Positions 28,560 to 38,666 of a DNA stretch of 64,000 nt are shown here, one piece after another. The position numbers and the translations under genes were made by a program. How positions within the stretch are numbered: position 1 is the stretch's first letter; the number at the start of each line of letters is the position of its first letter. Below the pieces are notes generated by a model. The model made no database searches. It was not told where the DNA came from and saw only the letters and a list, made by a program, of their open reading frames with translations. This DNA is from Candidatus Aenigmatarchaeota archaeon (lineage in GTDB: Archaea; Aenigmatarchaeota; Aenigmatarchaeia; QMZP01). The DNA lies in contig JADHWJ010000001.1 of NCBI GenBank assembly GCA_016783545.1, positions 10,369 to 74,368 on the forward strand. Direction: 5' to 3'.

Positions 28560-28922
28560 ATGAGCATAAGAAAAGGCATATTCTATGAAAGAGAACTTCT
28601 CCACTATCTGAATGATAGAGGGTTTTCAGTATGCAGGATACCTTCATCAGGAAATTATATCACACCGGTTGATATAATAGCAATGAAAAATGGAAATGTT
28701 GTATGTTTTGAATGCAAGGCATGGTCAAAGAAGCCAAGGTTGAGCAAACCAAAGCGTGAGATGATGGTTAACTGGTGCAATCGAGCAGGTGCAAGAAGTT
28801 TCCTTGCGTGGAGAACAAGAGGTAAATGGTTGTTTCTCAGAATGGAAGATGTGGAAAGAGGAAATTATGCGGATGAAAACTGGCTTGAGATGGAAAATTT
28901 ATTAAGTTTATTGACAGTCTAA
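28560..28922 (+). CDS. hjc: archaeal Holliday junction resolvase
   Basis: KG..YEREL...L...GFSVCR.PSSG....VDIIA.K.G.....ECK. Confidence 0.9.
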   Translation: MSIRKGIFYERELLHYLNDRGFSVCRIPSSGNYITPVDIIAMKNGNVVCFECKAWSKKPRLSKPKREMMVNWCNRAGARSFLAWRTRGKWLFLRMEDVERGNYADENWLEMENLLSLLTV

Positions 28923-29956
28923 CTAGGTAAGAAACTCAGATTTTTGCTCATATTTCTTATACCAGCTTCCAGATCTTCAAGCTGTTTGTATTTATCCATT
29001 TTTCCTATCTCTGTCATTAATCCAGAAGGCATGGCATCCACAGCAGCGTCTTTGTATTGGCCAACACTCTTTGTCATATTTTGATTAAGCTCTGCAACAG
29101 AAGGGTGTATCAAAAGCAAAAAGCTTATTATAATGATTGGAAGAACAATGTATTCGATAACAAACAGCTTCTTCATTTTATAGCCGACTATTTTAAAGTA
29201 TTTCAGAAATACAACTGTTACAGCTACAAAAAGCCCTAAGAAAAGAAGCGGTAGGGAAAAGCTATAGATAAAAAATGAAATTCCATAAGAAAACAAAAAT
29301 AATAAAGTGGTTGTGACAAAAACAATCTTATTGCTCGTAAGCAATTCCCTGGTGAATTTAAATTTGTAGAAAATATAAACCACAGTATATGCTATTGAAA
29401 AGCAAAGCATAAGCCAGAAAGGGAATTTGGAAAGATCTGATGTAAAAGCAAACCAGCCAGCAGAATATTTAAGGAATTCTATTAATGTCATATTTACAGA
29501 TGTTTTTGGTATGCTCTTTTTCAGCCTGGTTACATTTGAAGAATGAAGGAAATTCAGGAAAACCATTCCCAGCAAAATCAGTGTGAACCATTTGCTAACA
29601 AAAACAGATATTCCAGTGCCCAAAAGTAAGAGTAAAATATATAGACTCATTGCACCTCTAATTGAAAGCCTGCCAGAAACAAGAAGCTTCCATTTCGATT
29701 TCTCTAGATCCTCTTTATCATCTTCAAAATCCATGATATCATTGAAAAGATAAACCGAAGAATATGCTAAGAGAAAGCTTGAAATTGAGATAATAAAGAT
29801 GAGCGGATTAAAAACACCAAATGTTACCCAGTATAACACAAACCCCAATGAAAACTGTATTACGTTCTTTGGTAAATTAACAGTTACACTGTTATATGCT
29901 AGGCACTTCCATCTTGACGGCTTGGATTCCATGTCTGATTCTGTGTTCATTTTCAT
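28919..29956 (-). CDS. UbiA prenyltransferase family membrane protein
   Basis: YLFNDIMDFEDD Asp-rich motif, L.SGRLS, multiple TM helices. Confidence 0.8.
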   Translation of the reverse strand: MKMNTESDMESKPSRWKCLAYNSVTVNLPKNVIQFSLGFVLYWVTFGVFNPLIFIISISSFLLAYSSVYLFNDIMDFEDDKEDLEKSKWKLLVSGRLSIRGAMSLYILLLLLGTGISVFVSKWFTLILLGMVFLNFLHSSNVTRLKKSIPKTSVNMTLIEFLKYSAGWFAFTSDLSKFPFWLMLCFSIAYTVVYIFYKFKFTRELLTSNKIVFVTTTLLFLFSYGISFFIYSFSLPLLFLGLFVAVTVVFLKYFKIVGYKMKKLFVIEYIVLPIIIISFLLLIHPSVAELNQNMTKSVGQYKDAAVDAMPSGLMTEIGKMDKYKQLEDLEAGIRNMSKNLSFLPS

Positions 29957-29958
29957 AT

Positions 29959-30711
29959 TTATCTTTTATGTTGTTTATATGCTTTTATTATGACAGTGGA
30001 TGCAACTGAAGGGAACTTTGAAAACAGTTTATCAATTTTATACCAGATGGCCTCTTTTCTTTTAGAATAGCTACCATTTCCCACAAGTGGGCTGCCTTTA
30101 ATATTTCCTGGAATAAAGTTTGTATGTTTCAATAAACCAACCAAAGATTTTTTCGTAAAGGCTCTTATATGACCAGAGCTCTCCTTTAGGAACGGATTAC
30201 CAGTATAAGTTGATGAAGATTCTACCCAAGAAGGGACTATGCCGAAGAGAAGGAAAGCTCTGTTGTACCAGGACGCAAGGTTTGGAATTGTTACGATTAT
30301 ATAGCCTCCAGGTCTTAGTATTCGATGCACATCTTCCAGCAGTTTGTCAGGGTAAAATATATGCTCTACGACATCTCCGCAGAAAACCGCATCAAAATAT
30401 CCGTTTTCAAAAGGAAGTTTTTTACCATCAATGTCAATGGATTGTGCTTTGATGCCAGATCCCTTTGCCTTTTGAATTGCAGAACTGCTGACATCTATTC
30501 CATGCATCTCTGCGCCTGTTTTCTTTCCTATCAAAGAAGAAATAAAGCCATCTCCACACCCTATATCCAATATTCTACCGCCATGGTGTGAATTAAATAA
30601 TTCTAAGACTTTCTCTATCTTGTCTCTCTGTATATTATAGTAACTATCAGGATCTTTCTCAAATATTTCCGAATAGAATTTTTCATTATAATTGCCTGAT
30701 TGCATAATCAT
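29959..30711 (-). CDS. class I SAM-dependent methyltransferase
   Basis: ILDIGCGDG, LPFENGYFDAV, VEHI, LRPGG...TIPN. Confidence 0.9.
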   Translation of the reverse strand: MIMQSGNYNEKFYSEIFEKDPDSYYNIQRDKIEKVLELFNSHHGGRILDIGCGDGFISSLIGKKTGAEMHGIDVSSSAIQKAKGSGIKAQSIDIDGKKLPFENGYFDAVFCGDVVEHIFYPDKLLEDVHRILRPGGYIIVTIPNLASWYNRAFLLFGIVPSWVESSSTYTGNPFLKESSGHIRAFTKKSLVGLLKHTNFIPGNIKGSPLVGNGSYSKRKEAIWYKIDKLFSKFPSVASTVIIKAYKQHKR

Positions 30712-30783
30712 CTATTGCCCAAAAGTTTAATAAATTGTACTCAAATCAATATAATAAGAAATCCAAACAATAAATATATAGTT

Positions 30784-32046
30784 ATGACTATGAAAAAATT
30801 CAAACTCACTGAAGAAGGAGAAAAATATGCAAAAGAAGGCCTTCCGGAAAAGAATCTCATAGAATTATTAACAAAGAAAAAATCATTGGACATGGGAAAG
30901 GCAAAAGACTCTGTTTTTAATTTTGCAATAGCTTTCCAATGGGCAAAGAAAAATAAATGGGTTGATATAAAAAAAGGAAAGCTTATTCTTCTAAGAAAGC
31001 CTGGAAAAATAGCAGAACAGGATGCCCTCCAAAATCTAAGTAACGGAGATGATATTGATGAGAAGACGCTAGACATGTTATGCAAGAGGCGGCTTGTTGA
31101 GGAAATAAGAGAAGATGCACTAAAAAAAGCCCAGAAGCTTGTTGGTAAGGATGTTACAAACCTTACAGAAGATCTTATTAAAACAGGATTGTGGAAAGAC
31201 GTTAAGCTAAAACCATATAATGTGGAGGCTGTTGGTAAGAAAGTTTTCATTGGAAAAAGACAGCCGTATAATGCATTTCTTTCTGAAGTAAGGCAGAAGC
31301 TTGTTGAGCTTGGCTTCAGGGAGATGACAGGTCCTATAATAGAGCTGGAATTCTGGAACTTCGACGCCATGTACCAAGGTCAGGGTCACCCAAGCAGAGA
31401 TTGGACTCAGACATATAATTTAAAAGAACCAAAAATGGGAACACTTCCTGATAAAAATATAGTTAATAATGTAAAAGAAACGCATGAAAATGGTTGGAAG
31501 ACAGGCTCAACTGGTTGGGGTTATGAATGGAATCCCAAGAAAGCAGCGCAGCTTATGCCAAGGGCGCATGGAACAGCTCTTTCTGCGAGAACATTAGCAA
31601 ATATGCCTGAAATACCTGGAAAATATTTTGCAATAGCGAGATGCTATAGACCAGATATTATAGACGCTACGCATGGTGTTGAATTTAACCAAACAGAAGG
31701 TATTGTCATTGATAAAGATTTGAATTTTAGAAATCTTTTAGGTTTATTAAAACAGTTTGCAGTTGAATTTGCAAGCGCAGATAAAGTTAAGTTTCATGCT
31801 GATTACTATCCATTTACCGAACCATCTGTTCAGTTGTCAGCAAAGCATCCAGAATTAGGTTGGGTAGAATTTGCAGGTGCGGGTATTTTCAGACCAGAAT
31901 TCACACAGCCATTGGGTGTCATGGAGCCTGTATTAGCATGGGGACTCGGAATAGATAGATTGGCCATGTTTAAATTAGATATAAAAGATATCAGAAATCT
32001 ATTTACTAGGAATTTAGGCTGGTTGAGAAAAAGAAGTGTGTTGTAA
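30784..32046 (+). CDS. pheS: phenylalanyl-tRNA synthetase alpha subunit
   Basis: LTEEG..YA..GLPE, FWNFDAMY, HPSRD, YRPD.IDATH..EFNQ, YYPFTEPS, GAGIFRPE, WGLGIDRLAM. Confidence 0.97.
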   Translation: MTMKKFKLTEEGEKYAKEGLPEKNLIELLTKKKSLDMGKAKDSVFNFAIAFQWAKKNKWVDIKKGKLILLRKPGKIAEQDALQNLSNGDDIDEKTLDMLCKRRLVEEIREDALKKAQKLVGKDVTNLTEDLIKTGLWKDVKLKPYNVEAVGKKVFIGKRQPYNAFLSEVRQKLVELGFREMTGPIIELEFWNFDAMYQGQGHPSRDWTQTYNLKEPKMGTLPDKNIVNNVKETHENGWKTGSTGWGYEWNPKKAAQLMPRAHGTALSARTLANMPEIPGKYFAIARCYRPDIIDATHGVEFNQTEGIVIDKDLNFRNLLGLLKQFAVEFASADKVKFHADYYPFTEPSVQLSAKHPELGWVEFAGAGIFRPEFTQPLGVMEPVLAWGLGIDRLAMFKLDIKDIRNLFTRNLGWLRKRSVL

Positions 32047-32088
32047 TTATTTCTAAAATTTAAATATATGTAAATACAATATATATAC

Positions 32089-32232
32089 ATGGTAAATAAA
32101 AAATTTGAAAGAATAATTGATGCAAAATTATGGAAAACTGGAAATGCAATAGTGGTTACAATACCTTCTTCTATTATTAAAAAATTCAAAATGAATGAAG
32201 GGGATATTATAGAAGTAAGAATAAAGAGATGA
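32089..32232 (+). CDS. AbrB/MazE/SpoVT-family DNA-binding protein (47 aa)
   Basis: Manual translation MVNKKFERIIDAKLWKTGNAIVVTIPSSIIKKFKMNEGDIIEVRIKR. ATGA overlap with the next gene. Below the ORF-track cutoff. Confidence 0.85.
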   Translation: MVNKKFERIIDAKLWKTGNAIVVTIPSSIIKKFKMNEGDIIEVRIKR

Positions 32233-33224
32233 ATATCATGAATGTTAAAAGAAAAGTATCAAAAAAAATATTAAAAAATTTATATTGGAAGGAAGGCTAT
32301 TCATTATCTAGAATCGGTAAAATTGTCGGAATGTCATATAGTGGTGTAGCTTACTATATGAAAAAATTCGGTATAAGAAGGAGACCATCTGACACTAGGA
32401 ATTATCCGAAATTCAATTTTTCTGGAAATCTTATTGAAAAATCTTATATGTTGGGGTTTAGGGCAGGAGATTTATACTCTAAGAGGAAATGCAATAATAT
32501 TAAGATTGAAACAACATCTTCCAAGGAGATATTCTTGGATCTTTTCCATGAAATTTTTGAAAAATATGGTATAGTAAGAGCATATGAAAGAAAGGGAAGT
32601 CTTACTAAAAAGACATTTAAAATGCATTGTTATTTGAACAATTCTTTTAATTTTCTATTAAGAAAGCCTCTAAGAATTCCTAAATGGATAATTAAAAATA
32701 ATAAATGTTTTTTTTCATTCTTTGGCGGTTATTCTGATGCTGAAGGTAGCTGGGTAATAACAAATCATAAATATAGAGATTCTATTAATAAAGATAGTAT
32801 GTTTTGTATGAGGAGTTGTGATAAAGATATAATGCATCAGATTCATGATGGATTAACAAAGAATAATCTGAAATCAAATCTATATCTCGAGAGAAAGAAA
32901 GGCACTTGCACAAACATAGGGAAATATAAATCAGATCTATATAAAATTTGCTTGTATGGTAAAAATGCATTAAAATTGGCAGCTTTAACTTTACCGTTTA
33001 GTAGATATGCATGTAAAAAATACAAAATGGAATCTATAATAGAACTTGAAAATAGTAAAATAATGAATCTAGGAACTTTAAATATAAGTTGCATTTCTTG
33101 TGATCATAAAAAAGTTCGTAAAAACGGTTCTTATGGATATAAAAACAAAAGATTTCAAAGATATAAATGTCCTATATGTAAAAAGGTTTTTTCCGAACAA
33201 ACTCTAAGGAAGCAGGTGATATAA
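32229..33224 (+). CDS. free-standing two-motif LAGLIDADG endonuclease with N-terminal HTH and C-terminal InsA-like Zn ribbon
   Basis: LY..EG.SL..IG..VG.S...V HTH, YMLGFRAGD and FFGGYSDAEGS motifs, CISC...KNG...QRYKCPICKKVF. Confidence 0.85.
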   Translation: MNIMNVKRKVSKKILKNLYWKEGYSLSRIGKIVGMSYSGVAYYMKKFGIRRRPSDTRNYPKFNFSGNLIEKSYMLGFRAGDLYSKRKCNNIKIETTSSKEIFLDLFHEIFEKYGIVRAYERKGSLTKKTFKMHCYLNNSFNFLLRKPLRIPKWIIKNNKCFFSFFGGYSDAEGSWVITNHKYRDSINKDSMFCMRSCDKDIMHQIHDGLTKNNLKSNLYLERKKGTCTNIGKYKSDLYKICLYGKNALKLAALTLPFSRYACKKYKMESIIELENSKIMNLGTLNISCISCDHKKVRKNGSYGYKNKRFQRYKCPICKKVFSEQTLRKQVI

Positions 33225-34885
33225 TGCCAACAATAGAACTCTCACACTCAGACCTTTGCAGTCTAATGGGAACAGTTGTTTCAGTCAAAGACCTGGAAGA
33301 GAATGTTATAATGTATGCGAAGGGTGAAGTGGAAGAAATAGATGGAGATAATCTTAAGATTGACATTAAGGACACTAATAGGCCTGATCTATGGTCAGCT
33401 GAAGGAATAGCAAGGGAGATAAAGTTTAGACTTTCTCCTGGAAAATTACCGAAATATAAAATGAAAAAATCAGGAAGAAAAATACTGGTTTCCAAAGAAA
33501 TGAAAAACATAAGACCTCTTATTGCAGCAGCAATAGTAAAGGATATAGTTATTACAGAAGAACTTTTACTCCAGATGATACACTTACAAGATAAAGTCGA
33601 TGAAACATTTGGAAGAAAAAGAAAAGAAGTTGCAATTGGTATTTATGACTATGATAAAGTAAAGGGTGATATAGAATATAGAGCAGCTGATCCAAACAAG
33701 GTTAAGTTTGTTCCACTAGAATTTAAAAAGGAGCTAAGCTTAAAGGAAATATTAAATCAGCATCCAAAGGGCAAGGCATATGCACACCTTATAAGAAAAT
33801 ATCCTAAATACCCTCTTCTCGCAGATTCTGAAGGTGATATTCTTTCAATGCCTCCTGTAATAAATTCCAATTATTCAGGCAAGGTAGAGGAAACAACAAA
33901 GAATTTAATGATTGAGGTAACAGGATATAGTGAAAAATATGTAAGTACTGCAATCAGTGTTTTAGCAGCCGCACTATCGGATAGAGGAGGAAAACCGGAA
34001 TCTGTTGAGATCGTTTATCCAGATAGAAAGGTAACAACACCTAACATGAAACCAAAAAGTATATCTATTGATATCGAATTAATAAGGAAAATTTCTGGAC
34101 TGGATCTGACAAACAATGAAATATATGATCTTCTGAAAAAATCTGGTTATGGTATAAAATCAAAATCCAAAAAAACTAAGCTTCTATACCCTGCATATAG
34201 GCAAGACGTAATGCATCCTATTGATGTTGTGGAAGATGTTATAATATCATATGGATATGGTAATGTTGAGGTAAAAGTTCCTGAGATAGCTACAACAGGG
34301 AAGGCAGATGAGACTGAGGTATTTTCCAAGAGGATTGCAGAAGTAATGGTAGGTCTTGGTATGCAAGAAATACTCTCCTATACACTTACAAATAAAAATG
34401 ATCTCTTTGGGAAAATGAATAAGAAGGAAGAACCTATTGCTGAAATAGAAAATATTGTTTCTTCAAATTGGTCAGTTTTTAGGAACTGGCTTCTCCCAAG
34501 TGTTTTGGAATTCCTACTCCAAAATAAACACATTGAATATCCGCAAGAGGTTTTTGAAATTGGAGATTGTGTTGTTTTGGATAATTTCCAACCAACTAAA
34601 ACAAGAAATGTCAGAAAACTTGCAGGTGCAATAACAAATAGCACTGTCAACTATGAGCAGATTGCTTCTTATGTGGATGCTCTGATAAGTGCAATTGGGA
34701 TTAAATACAAACTAAGAAAAACAAATCATCCAAGTTTTGTCAATGGTAGATGTGCAGAGATATTCGTAGAAAACAAATCTATTGGTTTTGTTGGTGAGAT
34801 AAGCCCAAAGGTTCTCAATAAATGGGGACTGGAAAAACCTGTAACAGCATTTGAGGTAGATTTGGAAAATCTAAAACCTATTTAA
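33224..34885 (+). CDS. pheT: phenylalanyl-tRNA synthetase beta subunit
   Basis: MPTI, DTNRPDLWSAEGIARE, LSMPPVINS, PAYRQDVMHPIDVVEDV. Confidence 0.97.
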   Translation: MPTIELSHSDLCSLMGTVVSVKDLEENVIMYAKGEVEEIDGDNLKIDIKDTNRPDLWSAEGIAREIKFRLSPGKLPKYKMKKSGRKILVSKEMKNIRPLIAAAIVKDIVITEELLLQMIHLQDKVDETFGRKRKEVAIGIYDYDKVKGDIEYRAADPNKVKFVPLEFKKELSLKEILNQHPKGKAYAHLIRKYPKYPLLADSEGDILSMPPVINSNYSGKVEETTKNLMIEVTGYSEKYVSTAISVLAAALSDRGGKPESVEIVYPDRKVTTPNMKPKSISIDIELIRKISGLDLTNNEIYDLLKKSGYGIKSKSKKTKLLYPAYRQDVMHPIDVVEDVIISYGYGNVEVKVPEIATTGKADETEVFSKRIAEVMVGLGMQEILSYTLTNKNDLFGKMNKKEEPIAEIENIVSSNWSVFRNWLLPSVLEFLLQNKHIEYPQEVFEIGDCVVLDNFQPTKTRNVRKLAGAITNSTVNYEQIASYVDALISAIGIKYKLRKTNHPSFVNGRCAEIFVENKSIGFVGEISPKVLNKWGLEKPVTAFEVDLENLKPI

Positions 34886-35635
34886 GATGTCAGAGAAAAA
34901 GCCTCTAATGGAAAAGGATGGGCTATAATCTTCTCCAAGAAGGTTGGATGCTATTCCTATAAACTGTTGCGCGGCAGGTGAGCCCCTGTTAAATAGTATT
35001 ATTGGCTGCCTGAAGGAGATTGCCTTTCTCACGGTTTCGTCTTCTGGAACTATTCCAATAACAGGCAAATCTATGAATTCAGATATGCCTTCTATAGGAA
35101 TTTCATGTTTCTTTCCCTTTATTCTATTAACAACAACACCAAGGTTTGCTGTACCGCATTTTTCGGCCATTCTAGCAAGTTTTAATGCATCAGTAATTGC
35201 CGGAAGTTCAGGATTTGTTACAATAAGAAGCTCATCTGCAGCCTCAACAGCTGACAGAGATTCTCTACCAAGGCCTGCTGCAGAATCAATAAGAATGAAA
35301 TCAGCATTGTCAATAAGACTATAAAAAATATTGACAAATTGTCTGGTCTTTGGTACCATTATTTTATCTAATGAAATGTCAGCAGGAATAATCTTCAAAC
35401 CGGTTGGGTGTTCATATATAACATCATCAATTTTTGCTTTCCCTTTCATTATGTCCTGTACACCGGTTGGGTATGTTGGTATGCCAAAATGTATGCTAAG
35501 ATTAGACGTTGTTAGATTGGCATCAATAACAATGACAGAATATCCCATTTCTGTAAGCGCAAGTGAAAGGTTTGCTGTTAATGTGGTCTTGCCGACCCCA
35601 CCCTTTGCAGAACCAACGCAAATTACCCTTCCCAT
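34871..35635 (-). CDS. minD: archaeal MinD-like ATPase
   Basis: Deviant Walker A SAKGGVGKTT, IDAN, IDSAAGLG, TNPELPAITDA, GVVVNR. Confidence 0.9.
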   Translation of the reverse strand: MGRVICVGSAKGGVGKTTLTANLSLALTEMGYSVIVIDANLTTSNLSIHFGIPTYPTGVQDIMKGKAKIDDVIYEHPTGLKIIPADISLDKIMVPKTRQFVNIFYSLIDNADFILIDSAAGLGRESLSAVEAADELLIVTNPELPAITDALKLARMAEKCGTANLGVVVNRIKGKKHEIPIEGISEFIDLPVIGIVPEDETVRKAISFRQPIILFNRGSPAAQQFIGIASNLLGEDYSPSFSIRGFFSDILNRF

Positions 35636-35675
35636 GGAAAAATATTAACAGTTAGATTTAAATGATTCTAGTTAA

Positions 35676-35789
35676 CGGACCTGGGAGGGTCTTCAGCTTC
35701 GCTGAAGGCATATGCTTTCAGCATAGCATTCGAACCTCCGACCTTCACCTTAGGAGGGTGCCGCTCTAATCCAACTGAGCTACAGGCCC
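35676..35789 (-). tRNA. tRNA-Arg(CCT) with a 39-nt intron in the T-loop (position 59/60, 35690-35728)
   Basis: GGGCCTG TA GCTCAGTTGGATTAGAGC G GCACC CT-CCT-AA GGTGA AGGTC GGAGG TTCGAA [intron] C CCTCC CAGGTCC G. A BHB can form at the junctions. Confidence 0.92.
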
Positions 35790-35825
35790 ATTAAATCTTT
35801 TATTTCTTTATATTAATCTTTCTAT

Positions 35826-36680
35826 ATGAAGTATATCATTTTATGCTTATTATTAATAGTGCTTGTTTCTGGATGTATATATCCAATAACAGGTCAGTCC
35901 ATAAATAAAGAAAAAATAAGAGAAGAGCTAAAAGGTGTTATGGAAAAAATGAATAATACAATTCCTGATAAAGAAGAAAAGATTCCAGAAGAACCGAAAA
36001 ATGCGACTGAAGTTCAGGTAGAAGAAACACTCAAATGTCCTATCTGCAACGATGATAATTCTTGCACAAACGATTATTGTAGTGAGACAACTAATTTTGA
36101 ATGTGTTTATGAAGAGATATCATGCCAGAATACAATAGCAACCTGCCCAGACGGGTTTGAGATGACATGTGAAAACATCTGCATGGACGGTGTGTGTACA
36201 ATATGCATACCCGATTGCATTGGTCATAGAACACCACAGACAGAAGAACCGTGTATTGAATCATGGTCTTGTTCTGATTGGTCTGAATGCACAAACGGAA
36301 CCAAAAATAGAGAGTGCTCTGAAAATAACTGCGAAACAGAAGAAAACAGACCAGAAGAATTTCAGACATGTGTAGAACAGCCTAGAATAAATTATATAGA
36401 ATCTGGAAAGGGTAGAGAAAAATTAGACGAATGGATTGAATTAATTGGTCATGGTGTGGACTTGACCAATTGGACAATAGCAGATGCAGCTAATCATAGA
36501 TTCACATTCCCTAGTATTGAAATAACAGAAAATCTAAAAGTTCACACAGGTCCAGGTGAAAACAATTCAACTGATCTTTTCTGGGGATATGGAAGTCCTA
36601 TATGGAACAATAATGGTGATAATGCAACATTAAAGGATAGCAATGGTAATGTCGTAGACATCTACACATATTCAGAATAG
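35826..36680 (+). CDS. lipoprotein with Cys-rich repeats and C-terminal lamin-tail domain
   Basis: LVSGC lipobox, CNDDNSCTNDYC and W.CSDWSEC repeats, EWIEL...DLTNWTI.D...IWNNNGDNATL. Confidence 0.85.
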   Translation: MKYIILCLLLIVLVSGCIYPITGQSINKEKIREELKGVMEKMNNTIPDKEEKIPEEPKNATEVQVEETLKCPICNDDNSCTNDYCSETTNFECVYEEISCQNTIATCPDGFEMTCENICMDGVCTICIPDCIGHRTPQTEEPCIESWSCSDWSECTNGTKNRECSENNCETEENRPEEFQTCVEQPRINYIESGKGREKLDEWIELIGHGVDLTNWTIADAANHRFTFPSIEITENLKVHTGPGENNSTDLFWGYGSPIWNNNGDNATLKDSNGNVVDIYTYSE

Positions 36681-37220
36681 TCATTCCATTCTACAATCTT
36701 CGCACATCCATTTACCGCTCACATTTTTTAGCTCATCTGAATAGCCTTCACAGCTTTCACATATTCCAGAGGTTTCGGATTCAGGGTCTGCTACAGAAGA
36801 GACTCTTGATTTTAATTTTTCAGAAAGAATATCAATCATTTCAGGTGCTGCTATAAGTATTTCCTTATCAGATACAATTCCTATTAGCTTTTCATTTTCA
36901 ATAACAGGAAGCCTTTTAACACCGCTTTTCACCATTTTTCTTGTAATTGCCAGCATATCGTCTCTGGGATCAGCTGTTATAAATTTTGTTGTTTTAACAT
37001 CCTTTATTTTCATAGTTTTCGGATCACTGCCAAGTGCAACAACACTAACAATATCAGAATCAGTGATTATTCCAACAGGAGCACCTTCATCGAGAATGAC
37101 AACACTCCCAATTCTGTTATTTGTCATTATTTTCGCAACATCAGAAATGTTAATATCCGGGCTCACTGTAATAACATTTTTCTTCATTATATCCTTCACT
37201 TTAATGCTCATAACAACCAA
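36681..37220 (-). CDS. CBS-domain protein with C-terminal Zn ribbon
   Basis: Two CBS repeats, then GICESC...WMCEDC. Confidence 0.9.
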   Translation of the reverse strand: MVVMSIKVKDIMKKNVITVSPDINISDVAKIMTNNRIGSVVILDEGAPVGIITDSDIVSVVALGSDPKTMKIKDVKTTKFITADPRDDMLAITRKMVKSGVKRLPVIENEKLIGIVSDKEILIAAPEMIDILSEKLKSRVSSVADPESETSGICESCEGYSDELKNVSGKWMCEDCRME

Positions 37221-37299
37221 TATAATTATTAAATTAATGTTTTAAATAGGGAATAAATTCAAGGTATTGTTTTTAAACCTTTGTTTCAATTTATAGTGT

Positions 37300-38361
37300 A
37301 TGGATATCGAAAAATTCCTTTTGGAGAAGAAGCCTATTATAGATTCAAAGTTATTGGAATTTCTTCCTAAAGAACCAGATGAAAAATATGTTGAATGGGC
37401 ATTTGGCAAAGCAAGGTATGCTTATGACATAGAGACAATAAAAAACTCACTATCTAAACCTGTCTGGGATATTCTTGACAGAGGTGGTAAAAGATGGAGA
37501 CCTATTATGTTGCTTTTGGTGAATGAAGCTTTTGGTGGGGACCCCGAAAAAGTTTTGGACTTTACAGCAACAGTTGAATTCAGTCATGAGGGAAGTTTGC
37601 TTGTAGATGATATCGAAGACCTTAGCGAACTTAGAAGAGGCAAGCCATGCATACATAAGATATATGGAAATGATATTGCAATAAATGCTGGAAACTTTAT
37701 GTACTTTTTACCAGCTCTGCCGTTCATAAAAAATAGATCAGGATTTGATGAGAAAACATTGCTCAATGCATATAACATCTTTACACAGGAAATGATAAAC
37801 ATACATATCGGTCAGGGTCTTGACATTTTTTGGCATAGTGGGAAAAAAGAAGATGTCAAAGAGGAAGAATATCTGCAGATGTGCGCATACAAAACAGGAA
37901 CTCTTGCAAGGATGTCAGCAAAGCTTGGTGCTGTATTTGCAAATGCTTCAGAAGAACAGGTTGAAAAAATTGGGAAGTTTGCAGAGGCGGTTGGTGTCGG
38001 ATTCCAGATACAAGATGATATTCTCAGTGTTGTGGGCGATAAGTTCCAAGATAAGAAAGGGTATGGCGATGACATCACAGAAGGGAAAAGAACTTTGATG
38101 GTTCTTTATACACTTACAAAGGTTTCTGAAGATGAAAAAAACAGACTTCTGGAAATACTTGGAATGCACACAACAGATAAAAAATTAATTGGAGAAGCTC
38201 TGGACATTCTGAAGAAATCCGGTTCAGTTGAATATGCAAAAGAAAAAGCAAAGGAAATTGTTAAGAGTGCCTGGTTAGAAGTTAATGATATTCTTGAAGA
38301 ATCAGACGCAAAGCAAAAATTAAAGGCATTTGCTGATTTTTTAGTCGAAAGAGAGGTATAA
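37300..38361 (+). CDS. polyprenyl (geranylgeranyl) diphosphate synthase
   Basis: GGKRWRP, LLVDDIED..ELRRG, GQGLD, YKTG, FQIQDDIL, DDITEGK. Confidence 0.93.
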   Translation: MDIEKFLLEKKPIIDSKLLEFLPKEPDEKYVEWAFGKARYAYDIETIKNSLSKPVWDILDRGGKRWRPIMLLLVNEAFGGDPEKVLDFTATVEFSHEGSLLVDDIEDLSELRRGKPCIHKIYGNDIAINAGNFMYFLPALPFIKNRSGFDEKTLLNAYNIFTQEMINIHIGQGLDIFWHSGKKEDVKEEEYLQMCAYKTGTLARMSAKLGAVFANASEEQVEKIGKFAEAVGVGFQIQDDILSVVGDKFQDKKGYGDDITEGKRTLMVLYTLTKVSEDEKNRLLEILGMHTTDKKLIGEALDILKKSGSVEYAKEKAKEIVKSAWLEVNDILEESDAKQKLKAFADFLVEREV

Positions 38362-38498
38362 AACCTTTATAAGCCATAATGACCTATATCAGATAATAAT
38401 ACAAGCAATATTCGCTTTTTTTTGCTGTATTATAATCATCACAAACTAGAAAGTTTGTGCATGTAAATCATTGCCATAAGGCATTAAGGAGTAAACAT

Positions 38499-38666
38499 AT
38501 GGGCGATTTTGGAAGAAATAAAGACTTTAATAGAAATTCTGGACCAAGACAGATGCATAAAGCAACTTGTTCTGAGTGTGGAAAAGACTGTGAAGTTCCG
38601 TTCAAACCTGTAGAAGGTAGACCTGTCTTTTGTAGAGACTGTTTCATGAAGAAAAGAAGTTATTAG
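38499..38666 (+). CDS. CxxC-x17-CxxC domain protein
   Basis: PRQMHKATCSECGKDCEVPFKPVEGRPVFCRDC, with AGGAG RBS before ATG 38499. Confidence 0.92.
   Translation: MGDFGRNKDFNRNSGPRQMHKATCSECGKDCEVPFKPVEGRPVFCRDCFMKKRSY

Noticed and set aside
32047-33224. Intein or IS1 element explaining the LAGLIDADG gene
   Set aside because: No Hint blocks or terminal HN, the gene is not in frame with pheS/pheT, and there is no DDE domain or terminal inverted repeats
35640-36680. Integrated element at tRNA-Arg
   Set aside because: No integrase nearby and no duplicated tRNA end seen
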